Assembly (NCBI GenBank): GCA_035776695.1
Contig: DASTWJ010000190.1
Span: 9,724-73,723, forward strand
Origin: Bacilli bacterium
GTDB lineage: Bacteria > Bacillota > Bacilli > Tumebacillales > Tumebacillaceae
Direction of reading: 5' to 3'
DNA length: 64,000 nt
Of this stretch, positions 20,569-30,002 are shown one piece after another (position 1 is the stretch's first letter; each line of letters begins with the position of its first letter). The translations under genes were made by a program, and so were the position numbers. Under the pieces are notes generated by a model. That model was not told the origin of the DNA. It saw only the letters and a program-made list of their open reading frames with translations, and did no database searches.

Positions 20569-20910
20569 CTAGCGTTCCCCTTCGCGCAGCGGTTTGCCCT
20601 CTTTGCGCAGCGGTGCCAACAGCCGGAGCGACAGACGCGCCGAACGCCCATGGATCGACTCGCCGATCAACACGGACAACACGGTCGAGACCAAGCTGAG
20701 TTCCCACGTCGAAGCGTCCGACCAGATCGTGATCGTGTCATACGCGTACAATGTCGCAGACAACGACACGGTCGTTCCCGCCGCCAACGAGCACAGATAT
20801 CCGAACAACTCCAAAGAAGCCCGCCCAAGCAATTGTCCGCGCATCAACAGGCGAATCCCCCAGTAATAGAGCAAATAAGCCACAGCTGCGATCAACAGTA
20901 CATTCAGCAT
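20569..20910 (-). CDS. Hypothetical membrane protein (113 aa)
   Basis: GAGGAGG RBS; three hydrophobic segments. Confidence 0.65.
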   Translation of the reverse strand: MLNVLLIAAVAYLLYYWGIRLLMRGQLLGRASLELFGYLCSLAAGTTVSLSATLYAYDTITIWSDASTWELSLVSTVLSVLIGESIHGRSARLSLRLLAPLRKEGKPLREGER

Positions 20911-21053
20911 GATGCGCTTCCTCCTCTTCCTTGGACAAGACTTGTTTTGGCAATGTCCTCATTCTACCAAGGGGTGAAAAATACGTCAACTTGACTAAGC
21001 CCCGCTCCGTCCGCCCAGACTGTACGAGAAAGCCGAGGAAAGGATGAGAACGC

Positions 21054-21266
21054 ATGAAACTGAATATTTCGGAAGCGATCGACTATCTCGAATCAAAAGG
21101 GTTTCTGGTCAAGGCGTACGGATTCCCCGAAGGCGAGACGGCAAGCGACGGAAGCGCCTCGCTGATCTCCAACCAATACCGGGTGATCCAAGGCGATTAC
21201 GACACAGGCATGCTCTATCCGCACCAACTGGTGGAGGTGGCGGAACAAGTAAAGGGGCGGCACTAA
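21054..21266 (+). CDS. Hypothetical protein (70 aa)
   Basis: Purine-rich RBS; convergent 4-nt overlap with ccdC; normal amino acid composition. Confidence 0.6.
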   Translation: MKLNISEAIDYLESKGFLVKAYGFPEGETASDGSASLISNQYRVIQGDYDTGMLYPHQLVEVAEQVKGRH

Positions 21267-21766
21267 AGCGCCGCTCCCCCTTTTTCTTGGTTGATTTTTG
21301 CTTGGTACACTTTGCGAAACTTCACGAACGAAGTCACGCGCCACAGCGTGATGTAAGTAGCGGCCATGTAGAAAAACAGCATCGACAGCTCTTCCGGCTT
21401 GAGATCGCTCAGGTATTGCCGGAGCCCGAAGCGGATGATAAACAGCCCGAGCAACGAGAAGACAAACCCTTTGCTCACCTTGGCGTAGATCTGCCCGTCT
21501 TCACGTACCTCGTAGTTGGTCGTGTAGATCATCGGAAGCGACAGCACGAGTCCGAGCCCAACTGCTGCCAACACTTCCCCCGTCGTGATCTGCAGCCCGG
21601 GAGTCATCGCAAACGTCCAACCCAGGAAGACGAAAATCAACACCGGTATCAGCAGGACGATGCCTCTCCCCTTGATCGGCTTGCGCATGCGCCGTGTGCG
21701 CAGCCACAGGCCGAGCCCGAGAAAAATCAGGATAAATAAAAGCGTTGTCGGATTGAGATTGTTCAT
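21263..21766 (-). CDS. ccdC: CcdC family (DUF1453) membrane protein
   Basis: R.RRM.KP, YEVREDGQIY, SKGFVF..LGLF.IR..LR.YL pattern. Confidence 0.8.
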   Translation of the reverse strand: MNNLNPTTLLFILIFLGLGLWLRTRRMRKPIKGRGIVLLIPVLIFVFLGWTFAMTPGLQITTGEVLAAVGLGLVLSLPMIYTTNYEVREDGQIYAKVSKGFVFSLLGLFIIRFGLRQYLSDLKPEELSMLFFYMAATYITLWRVTSFVKFRKVYQAKINQEKGGAAL

Positions 21767-21882
21767 TCAAAGTCCCCCATAAAGTTCGATTCTCTCTCCC
21801 TTATACGTACGAACCTTCCTGCCGTTTCAACTTTTTTCCCATTCGAAAAGAGCGTCCCCCTATCGAATTCGAATTGGAAGGG

Positions 21883-23091
21883 TCATGCTGATTCTCCTTG
21901 TTTTTGCGGAATGGTAAAAGGTTCATTTCCCTTGCGTTGCCAAAACCAAATCACGAGGATGAGGAGCGCACTTCCTACCAAATAGACTCGATAGGAAGCA
22001 ACTTCCAAGATCAGCCCAACCACTGAGTAAGAAAGCGGCACGACGACCGCATATAAGGAAGAGCGAACCGCATAGACAGCCGGCAGCTCACCTTGTGGCG
22101 TGATCATCTGCAGATAAGTTCCTGTCGTATTCATGAGAAACATAACGAATACGGTGAGCAACACCATCCCCGCAAGTAACAGGGGGAACCCCGACACAAC
22201 GGCCAACAAGAGCAACATCCCAACCATCCCGTAGATGGAGACTTGCAAATAACGTTGATAGTTTTCCTTCACTTTCAACCAGAAAGCACCATAGACGCCG
22301 AGCAAGGACCCCACGCCCAGACTTACCCGAACCAAAGTCGAACCTGAATCATCACCACCGACTTTGAGAAGAAACGGACCATTGATCCCGGCAAACATCA
22401 TGTTGATGAACACCCCGATCAAGATGCAAAACAAAAGATCGTTTCTTGAGAAGATCATCTGAAGTGTCGCTTTCCATTCTTCCGTAAAATAGGACATGCC
22501 CTTTGCCTTCTTCACCGTCTTCGTCCCGGACAGGGGCACTCGATGATGCAGCACTCGCATCAGGATTGAACTTAGCAAGCAAATCGTGGCGTGACCGAGA
22601 AAGAGGTAGTTCAAGCTCGTTACTTTGAAAAGGAACCCCGCGACCGGAGCGCTGATCTGTACGAGATTAAAAAGAATTGCGTTCAAGCTATTGGCCTTGA
22701 ACAGATAATCACCTTGGACAAGGGAAGGAATAATCGAATTGGTAAACGAACGATTCATCTCTTGCAAGGTGGAGAAGAGAATGGAGAGAACAAAGTAAAA
22801 CAGAACGGTCTCTCCCCAATAGGAATAGCCGACGACGGCCAACATCGCCGAAAGGGAAAGTAGCAAACTGAACCGAGAAGCGACTTGAATCGGCGACCTC
22901 CCTTTCAAGAGCGGGATTAAGAAAAACTCAACGATTCTGGATAAAATGATCGAGATCGCCGTCAAGGTACCCGAATACAAAGTAGACCCCGTTTTTTCAT
23001 AAAAGATCAAGAGAAAACCAAACGTAAAAGCTGCGGAGAAGAAATCTTGAAACTTACTTCCGCAAAAATAGAGTACCAACTGTCTGTTCAT
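21883..23091 (-). CDS. MFS transporter (efflux-like), AT-richer than its neighbours
   Basis: About 12 hydrophobic segments; ..AN...P.LV....L..ANSL pattern; GGAGG RBS before ATG 23091. Confidence 0.8.
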   Translation of the reverse strand: MNRQLVLYFCGSKFQDFFSAAFTFGFLLIFYEKTGSTLYSGTLTAISIILSRIVEFFLIPLLKGRSPIQVASRFSLLLSLSAMLAVVGYSYWGETVLFYFVLSILFSTLQEMNRSFTNSIIPSLVQGDYLFKANSLNAILFNLVQISAPVAGFLFKVTSLNYLFLGHATICLLSSILMRVLHHRVPLSGTKTVKKAKGMSYFTEEWKATLQMIFSRNDLLFCILIGVFINMMFAGINGPFLLKVGGDDSGSTLVRVSLGVGSLLGVYGAFWLKVKENYQRYLQVSIYGMVGMLLLLAVVSGFPLLLAGMVLLTVFVMFLMNTTGTYLQMITPQGELPAVYAVRSSLYAVVVPLSYSVVGLILEVASYRVYLVGSALLILVIWFWQRKGNEPFTIPQKQGESA

Positions 23092-23119
23092 CTCAGCTAT
23101 CCTCCATCTCAATCGACGG

Positions 23120-24169
23120 TTACACGCGCAACTTCTCCGCCAACCGCAGCATATCATCCGGCAGCGGGGATTCGAAGCGCATGTATTCATTTGTTCGCGG
23201 ATGAACGAAGCCAAGCACCTTGGCGTGCAGGGCTTGGCGAGCGATCCAAGCGGTGTCGTCCGTCTCGCCGTAAAAAGAATCGCCGAACAGGATGTGTCCG
23301 ATGTGCTTCATGTGAACGCGAATCTGATGCGTGCGTCCGGTGTGGAGCTTCAATTCGAGTAACGTACCTTGCGCAAATCGCTCACGCACCCAATACTCCG
23401 TCCGCGCCGGTTTGCCCTCGGGACGAACCACACGGACTTTAAAATCCTCGTCGCTGCGGTCGATCGGGCCGTCCACCACGCCGTGATCGGCCGCCACAAC
23501 CCCATGCACGATCGACGCGTAGCTCCGTTCGATGCTGCGCTCCATCATCTGCTGACCCAAAATCTTCAGCGCATAGTGATTTTTCGCGATCACAAGCAAT
23601 CCCGTCGTGTCCCCATCGATGCGATGCACCGGGCGAAAACGCGCCTTGATCCCCCGCTGCTGCCAGTCGTACACCACGCCGTTGGCCAGCGTGCCCGTCC
23701 AATGGCCGAGCGTCGGGTGAACGAGGATGCCCGCCTGCTTGTCCACGACGAGCACATCGTCATCCTCATACACGTTGGTAAACGGAATCGGTTCCGGCAA
23801 GATCGTCTCCGACTCTTCCGTCGGCAGAAGCAACCGTAACACGTCCCCTTTTTCCAAACGGGTGGAGAGCCAGACGTTGTGATCGTTGACGAGCACGCCG
23901 CGTCCTTCGACCAGCTTGCGAATGATCTTGCGGGACATCTGCAGACGACTGCGCATCACGTCGCGCACTTCAAGCCCGATAAAGTCATCCGGTATCTTCT
24001 CGTGATACAGCTCATCATACGCTTCAAGGTCGAGCGCTTCGGCTTGCGGAGGCAAATATCGTCTTGGAGAGTGACTCTCCCGCTTCTCGTCCTCGTCGCT
24101 TGCCTTCGTCTCGTCGACCGCTTCCTCCTGATGCGACAACGCCTTGCCCACGGGATCTTTTTCCTCCAC
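23120..24169 (-). CDS. RluA family pseudouridine synthase with acidic N-terminal extension
   Basis: VHRIDGDTTG catalytic Asp, LHTGRTHQIRVH, QALHA; GTG 24169 with AGGAGG overlapping the pelG end. Confidence 0.9.
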   Translation of the reverse strand: MEEKDPVGKALSHQEEAVDETKASDEDEKRESHSPRRYLPPQAEALDLEAYDELYHEKIPDDFIGLEVRDVMRSRLQMSRKIIRKLVEGRGVLVNDHNVWLSTRLEKGDVLRLLLPTEESETILPEPIPFTNVYEDDDVLVVDKQAGILVHPTLGHWTGTLANGVVYDWQQRGIKARFRPVHRIDGDTTGLLVIAKNHYALKILGQQMMERSIERSYASIVHGVVAADHGVVDGPIDRSDEDFKVRVVRPEGKPARTEYWVRERFAQGTLLELKLHTGRTHQIRVHMKHIGHILFGDSFYGETDDTAWIARQALHAKVLGFVHPRTNEYMRFESPLPDDMLRLAEKLRV

Positions 24170-24171
24170 GC

Positions 24172-25737
24172 TCACTCCTCCTGTTCTTCCTTGTGACGTC
24201 CGTGCCGTTCCCGCCGTGGCGGCAGTTTCATGCCCGGCTCCCACGGTACTGCCTGTTCCCGCAGTTGCTCCGCCACTTCCGGGTGCAACACGGGGTACCC
24301 GACTCGCTGTTGGCGCTTGGTCGCTTGTACCGCCGGCGGCAGTCCCTTCCGGCGACGACCGCCGTTCGGGTCGTGAAACGCGTAGAACAACAGGCGATCC
24401 GTTTGTCGAGACAACTGTAACAGCGTCACCCCCAAGGCGATGACACACCCGACGAGATACCCGCTGCCCGGCGACCATCCGAACGCCATCGCAACGCTCA
24501 CTCCGCACAACAAAGCCAAGACCGTGACGATCACCGACCACACCGCCTGTTTGCGCGCATCAAAATACAGCAGCAACAAAAACGCCGTGATCCACAGCAT
24601 ATGCGGAATCGAACCGATGATCGTCCATTGAAACACGTCGATCACATCGGGGTAGCGGCTTTTCACCTGCTGCGCCAACACCCACGCGATCAAGGCGACG
24701 ACCGACTGCAGCTTGGCCATGCGCATCAGAGCCGTTTTCGTCGCCGTGCGCAAGTCCTCTTCCTGCACCCGTACGATCGCCAGCGTCTCCCCCGACTCGA
24801 TCGCGTCATAAAACCGTCGAAACACCTGATAAAAGTCGGTCTCGATATGCACCGAGAACAGCGTAAACGCCGGAATCAACGCCAGAAACGTCCAGAACTT
24901 CGCCAAGTCATACGACGGCTGCAACCAATAGCTGCCCGCCACCGTCACATGCTCAGGCGACAACCAGCGCATGCTGTTGTCCACCCACAGCGTCAACGCA
25001 TAGAACAGGCCGATCCACAACAGTTGCGGGTAGCGCCGATGGTGCGCTTTGACCCCGTACAGCGAAGGCACATCCCCCGGAAAGTCGCGCACGACAACGC
25101 GCCCCAACCGGATCAGCGTCAGCACCTCCGCACCCGTAAACAGCGCCAGCACCGCCGTCGAACTCGGCGTCTCCCCTTGCCCGTGCAGCCAGAACGTATA
25201 GCCGAACAGCACGACCGCGATCACCAGCAACCCGAACAGAAACCCGCGGGCGATGTCCCGATAGGCCCTCGCCGCCGACAACAGGATCATCGTCAACCCC
25301 ATCTGCGTCAGAACGACGGCCAACAGCACCGTCCAGACCTTATACGCCATCGGCAGCGGCAACAGCGCCTGAAAACCGCCGAACAGCGCGACCGCCGCCA
25401 CCCCCGTGTAGGCAAACACGCCGGAAAACGCGCTCAACAGCCGTTGCGGCGCATCGACATACAACGCATCGGCGAGATACCGCGTCAGGAAAAACTGCGC
25501 CGTCGACGAGATCAGATTCGACCCGATCATGCAGTAGGTCACCGTCGCGAAAAAAAGATCGCGTTGCCCCTGCCCCATGCCGTACGCCATCCCCCACATC
25601 AGGATCAGAAACAGTGACAACAAGGTCAGCAACCACGGTCCGGCCGCCACAAACGATGCCGCGCCGTACAGCTTCCAACGCCGGTAGCGTTCCGCCTCCC
25701 CCAAGGCTTTGCGCAAAGTAAATCCGATGCCTGCCAT
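24172..25737 (-). CDS. pelG: Pel exopolysaccharide transporter PelG
   Basis: MAGIGF.LRK start, AAGPW, YD...F, VHIETDFY..FRRFY; follows pelF. Confidence 0.9.
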   Translation of the reverse strand: MAGIGFTLRKALGEAERYRRWKLYGAASFVAAGPWLLTLLSLFLILMWGMAYGMGQGQRDLFFATVTYCMIGSNLISSTAQFFLTRYLADALYVDAPQRLLSAFSGVFAYTGVAAVALFGGFQALLPLPMAYKVWTVLLAVVLTQMGLTMILLSAARAYRDIARGFLFGLLVIAVVLFGYTFWLHGQGETPSSTAVLALFTGAEVLTLIRLGRVVVRDFPGDVPSLYGVKAHHRRYPQLLWIGLFYALTLWVDNSMRWLSPEHVTVAGSYWLQPSYDLAKFWTFLALIPAFTLFSVHIETDFYQVFRRFYDAIESGETLAIVRVQEEDLRTATKTALMRMAKLQSVVALIAWVLAQQVKSRYPDVIDVFQWTIIGSIPHMLWITAFLLLLYFDARKQAVWSVIVTVLALLCGVSVAMAFGWSPGSGYLVGCVIALGVTLLQLSRQTDRLLFYAFHDPNGGRRRKGLPPAVQATKRQQRVGYPVLHPEVAEQLREQAVPWEPGMKLPPRRERHGRHKEEQEE

Positions 25738-27143
25738 TACAGTCGCACCGCCTCATCGTATAGATTGCGATATTCTTTCATCACGCTTCGCAGCGTGTAG
25801 AACCGACTGACGCGGGTTCGACCGACTTTGCCCATCAACCGCCGCAGCACGAGGTCATCGGCCAGCTCCAACAGGGCGGCACCGGTCTCTTCGGGCGTCA
25901 TCAGTTTGGTGACCAGACCGCACCGCCCGAACTCGTCCCCTTCGCCGCCTTCGATCAGCTCGCGGCAGGCGCCGACATCGGTCGCGACCACCGGCAATCC
26001 GGCCGCCATCGCCTCCAGCATCACCAGCGGCTGCCCTTCGGAGATCGATGTGAGCACGAGGCAATCGAGGTGAGGCAGGTAGTCGCGGATATTCACCGGC
26101 CCCGTCCACTCCACCGCCTCTGCGATGCCCAACGATTCGGCCAGCGCCAAGCACTCCCGCGCATACTCCGCATCCTCATCGAGCGGCCCGAGCAACAACA
26201 GACGCGCCTCGGGCAACCGCCGCAACACGACGGCAAAGGCGCGAAGCAGCGTCTTCACATCTTTGATCGGCACCACCCTTAAAATCGCCCCGACCGTGAA
26301 GCTTCGTCCCGCCGTCGGTTTGATCTCGGCATACAGCTCCGGATCGACCCCGTTGGGAATCAGGCGCAACTTCACCGGCGACGCGCCGTACTCGACCTGC
26401 GCCCGCTGGTTCACTTGCGACAACGTGGTGACAAACCGTGCCGCCGCATACCCCGTCTGCGCCACTCGAATGAAAAAATCATGCCAAAATCGCTTCAGCG
26501 TCAGGGGTACCCAATCGGCCCGCACGATCTCCTCCTCCCGCTCGCGGGTGTAGATGCCGTGCTCGGTGATCACCAGCGGCGTTTTTTGCAAACGGTTCAC
26601 GACCGCTCCGTACCAGCCCGCATAGCCGGTCGACGCGCTGTGCATCAACTGCCCTTGCGGCAACGGCGCCCGCATCAGGCGCAACAGCGGCAGCCACATC
26701 GACCGCCAGTTCCAGACAAAATCGACCAAGGCCGGCGGCGTCGCTTGGCGGCGATAGACGTCCATCGCCGCCTCCCACGCCCACTCCGCTTCCAAGATCG
26801 CCTCGGCGCTCGGGGTCTTGCGCGCGGAACGCACGACCTGCAGGGTGGCACGAGAAGGCAACTCGCCCGTTTGCAAAAAGCGAGTCATCTCCTCTCGCTC
26901 TCGTTTGCGCCACCACTTCAGACGCCCCGTGCCCTTCTCTTCTTCATGCAAGTAAATCTCCTGCACCCCTTTTACGTTCGAAGGCAGTTCGTATTTGTAT
27001 GTCGCATTCTTCATCCGCATCGCGCCGATGTAAACGAGCGTAAACTCACAATCCGGCAGCGAGCGGATCAACTGATGCGTCCAAGAGGACACCCCGCCTT
27101 GCACATACGGGTAGGTGCCCTCCAGGAGCAACGTGATCTTCAT
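25737..27143 (-). CDS. pelF: GT4 glycosyltransferase PelF
   Basis: LEGTYPYVQGGVSSW, HSASTGYAG, TEHGIYTRER, IKDVKT, EGQPLVMLE (EX7E). Confidence 0.93.
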   Translation of the reverse strand: MKITLLLEGTYPYVQGGVSSWTHQLIRSLPDCEFTLVYIGAMRMKNATYKYELPSNVKGVQEIYLHEEEKGTGRLKWWRKREREEMTRFLQTGELPSRATLQVVRSARKTPSAEAILEAEWAWEAAMDVYRRQATPPALVDFVWNWRSMWLPLLRLMRAPLPQGQLMHSASTGYAGWYGAVVNRLQKTPLVITEHGIYTREREEEIVRADWVPLTLKRFWHDFFIRVAQTGYAAARFVTTLSQVNQRAQVEYGASPVKLRLIPNGVDPELYAEIKPTAGRSFTVGAILRVVPIKDVKTLLRAFAVVLRRLPEARLLLLGPLDEDAEYARECLALAESLGIAEAVEWTGPVNIRDYLPHLDCLVLTSISEGQPLVMLEAMAAGLPVVATDVGACRELIEGGEGDEFGRCGLVTKLMTPEETGAALLELADDLVLRRLMGKVGRTRVSRFYTLRSVMKEYRNLYDEAVRL

Positions 27144-28996
27144 CGCTTCACCTCCAGAACCACTTGCGGTCCTGTCACTTTCACCCAGAGCAGGTCGTAC
27201 TCGCCCTGCCGCCCGACGATCTCACCGCCTCGCACCGCCTGCCACCGCTCCGGCGCCTCAAGGTGCAGTTCCAGAAACACGGGACCCGACAGCGGTGTGA
27301 CATAAGCGGTGACGCGCTCGTCTTGCGAGGCGTCGATTCGAACCTCGGCCGCCTGATAGCGGCGCAAGGCGTCGGCCAACTCGGTCGCCGTCACCGGTTG
27401 GAGAAAAGAAAACCTGTCTTGCACGCTCCCCACGACGCCCTCAAACGCATCGCGCAGTTCGTTCCACGTTTTGCCTTGGTTGCGGTCCTCGTTGAACACA
27501 TCGTCCGGGTGGTTGAAATGCGACACGATGCCGATGTCCGCAAGCCCCGCATACAAGTCATGAAGTTCATCCTCGGACAACGCGTAACCATACGTGATCC
27601 GCGGCGTGCCCATCACCTGCGGGAAGTCGGGATCGGGCGCGAATTCCTGCTCCAGCGCCCCTCCCGCCTCATCCGCCTGATACAGCGACGAGATCGTCTT
27701 CAACTCGGGGAACACGCGCAAGAGCACCTGCTTGCCCTCCGGACTGAGGATGTTCGAAGGCGGGATGTAGAACGTCGGCAACCGCCCATACGCCTCCTGC
27801 AACCATCGCGCACGGGCGAATCGCAACGCCTGCTCCATCTCGGCGACGGACGGCCAAGCGGGATAGCCCAAATCCGCCTCCTGCTCCTCCGTATAGGCGA
27901 GCGTCAACGGCATGTGATTGTACCCGTGCAAGCCGAGCTCTCCCGTTTTCTCCATCAAGCTCGTTTCAAACCCATACAGCTTGGCAAAAGGGTCTCTGTT
28001 AAAGGCAAACGGCGGCTTCACCCGGTCGTTGTAGATCAAGATCGCACCGCTCGAATACCGGATGCCGTACTTGCGGGCGATCTCCTGCATGTCGGGGTCC
28101 CAGCGCTGCAAGCGAAACTGAAAGTCGGTCAACCCCGTCCGGTTCCCTTCCGACACGCGATCATAGGCGGGAGAGGGGAAATCGTCGAGAAACCACACCT
28201 GCGCCCCGACCATCAGTTTACCGCCCGCGCCTTGTGCCTTGAGCAGCGTTTGCAAAAAGGGGCCGCGCCACATCTTCTCCTGCAACAGCAGCGTGTTCCA
28301 ATACAAGGTGTGCCCTTTGCCCTGTTCTCTTTGCCACAGGTACGGCTCCACGCGGTCGCCTGTCGATTGCGCCCAGATCTTTACCTGCGGCGACAAACCG
28401 ACCGTCAGCGAAGAAGAAGTCACCCGCTCCGCACTGAGTTCCGCTTCCGACAGACCGGGGTAGATCGGCGCCGTCCACCGCCAGCCGGTCACCTTGCCTT
28501 TGACAAAATCGGGCTCCCCTTCGATGCCCATAAACGCATTGAGCGGCGACTCGGCGCTGCGGATCGCGTTGACGAGCAGACCGCCCTGTTCCCGCACATA
28601 GCGTTCCAGACGTTCGGTGTGCTGCAAGGTTGCCTGTCGTTCCCCGATCAGGATGATCGCGCCGTCTCGATAGGCGTCGAGCTTCCCGTCGAACTTGTTC
28701 CATTCGGCAAATGACATCTCGTCATAAGGCAGCTTGGCATTGGTCAACGCCCGCTCCAGATTCGCTAACGTCAAGTCGGCTTCTTCAATGTCCTGTTTCG
28801 CATGATGCAACAACAGGTACCGCTGGTAGCGACTCTCGGGGATGTCCGTGCGATACGTCTCCCCATAGGTGAGCGCATCGCGTTTCTGATGCGAGGTCTG
28901 CCACCAATCGGTCACCCGCAGCGACGTTGCCGTCACCGCCGTGACGATCAGAAGCAGATACGCGATCTTCCGTCCCTTCGTTCGCCAAAAGGCCAT
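27140..28996 (-). CDS. pelA: DUF2194 protein, Gram-positive PelA deacetylase-like
   Basis: N-terminal TM; FLDDFPSP, ELGLHGYNH.PL, SHFNHPDD; position between pelE and pelF; ATG 28996. Confidence 0.8.
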   Translation of the reverse strand: MAFWRTKGRKIAYLLLIVTAVTATSLRVTDWWQTSHQKRDALTYGETYRTDIPESRYQRYLLLHHAKQDIEEADLTLANLERALTNAKLPYDEMSFAEWNKFDGKLDAYRDGAIILIGERQATLQHTERLERYVREQGGLLVNAIRSAESPLNAFMGIEGEPDFVKGKVTGWRWTAPIYPGLSEAELSAERVTSSSLTVGLSPQVKIWAQSTGDRVEPYLWQREQGKGHTLYWNTLLLQEKMWRGPFLQTLLKAQGAGGKLMVGAQVWFLDDFPSPAYDRVSEGNRTGLTDFQFRLQRWDPDMQEIARKYGIRYSSGAILIYNDRVKPPFAFNRDPFAKLYGFETSLMEKTGELGLHGYNHMPLTLAYTEEQEADLGYPAWPSVAEMEQALRFARARWLQEAYGRLPTFYIPPSNILSPEGKQVLLRVFPELKTISSLYQADEAGGALEQEFAPDPDFPQVMGTPRITYGYALSEDELHDLYAGLADIGIVSHFNHPDDVFNEDRNQGKTWNELRDAFEGVVGSVQDRFSFLQPVTATELADALRRYQAAEVRIDASQDERVTAYVTPLSGPVFLELHLEAPERWQAVRGGEIVGRQGEYDLLWVKVTGPQVVLEVKR

Positions 28997-29000
28997 CGCC

Positions 29001-29999
29001 TCACACCCCCTTGCTCCGCCGCAGTTCGACGAGACCGCGCACGTCGTCCGGCAAGTGCGCCGGGTCTTGCACACCCCGCACCCACTCGCGGACGCCCTCC
29101 TGATCCCCTCGCGCATAGGCGACCCGAATCAGCACGGCGCGGGCACGGTCGAGAATCTGCGGCGCGATATAGGTGGAGAGCCAGTGCATCGCTTCCCCTT
29201 CGGCCTCTTCGATCCGCCCCAAGGCAAACAGCGCGTCCGCTTTTTGCAAGCCGATCATGGGCTGTTCGGGTTGCAACCGCAGGCTGCGCTCCAAGGCAAG
29301 CCATCTTTTTTCCTGATAAAAGCGATTGAGTTCCGCACCCGCGATGTCCTGCACAATCAAGGCGCGGTAGACGGCCGCCAGTTCGTTCCACAAGGTCGCA
29401 TCCTCCGGTCGCCTGTCCAGCTCCCGTTCGATGTCGTTGATGCGGGCGGTGTGTACCGCTTCGGCGTGAGACAGCAGCGAGGCGGCGTAATAACGCACCT
29501 CCGGGTCGGCATCGGATAACGCCTGACGCACGACCTTCGCTTCGATCGAAGAGCGCATCGTCTGCAGATGGAGCAACGTCCGCTTTTTCAAAGCGGTGTC
29601 TTCCCCCTCCAGCACGTCGATCAGCGGCACGACATCGAGCACATCGTTCCAGTCGATCGCCGAGCGGTAGACCGGCAGCTGTTTCGGCATGTCCTGCCAC
29701 GCACCTTGCAAGTTGCCGACCTGACTCGACCAAAACGCCGCGACAAAAGAGCCGACGCCCGGCATCAGCAGCGCGTTGAAACCGATCAGCGCTTGACGAG
29801 AACTCCACGGGCGAACCGAAGAAAAAGGCTGGGCGAGATAGAGAACGAGCAGCATCAACGCCGTCCGCAGAACAAGCGGCCAGAGCGTGGCGGTTCGCAA
29901 GGCGAACACAAGCAGGGCAAGATCGACAAATCCAAACCAGCCAAACAGAAAGATCGAACGCAAATGACGCGACCCGATCGGTCGACGCTCCTCCCGCAT
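29001..29999 (-). CDS. pelE: PelE-like membrane protein with HEAT/TPR repeats
   Basis: 3 TM segments, ALSDADPEVRYYAAS HEAT repeat, TPR-like C-terminus; operon position. Confidence 0.7.
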   Translation of the reverse strand: MREERRPIGSRHLRSIFLFGWFGFVDLALLVFALRTATLWPLVLRTALMLLVLYLAQPFSSVRPWSSRQALIGFNALLMPGVGSFVAAFWSSQVGNLQGAWQDMPKQLPVYRSAIDWNDVLDVVPLIDVLEGEDTALKKRTLLHLQTMRSSIEAKVVRQALSDADPEVRYYAASLLSHAEAVHTARINDIERELDRRPEDATLWNELAAVYRALIVQDIAGAELNRFYQEKRWLALERSLRLQPEQPMIGLQKADALFALGRIEEAEGEAMHWLSTYIAPQILDRARAVLIRVAYARGDQEGVREWVRGVQDPAHLPDDVRGLVELRRSKGV

Positions 30000-30002
30000 T
30001 CC

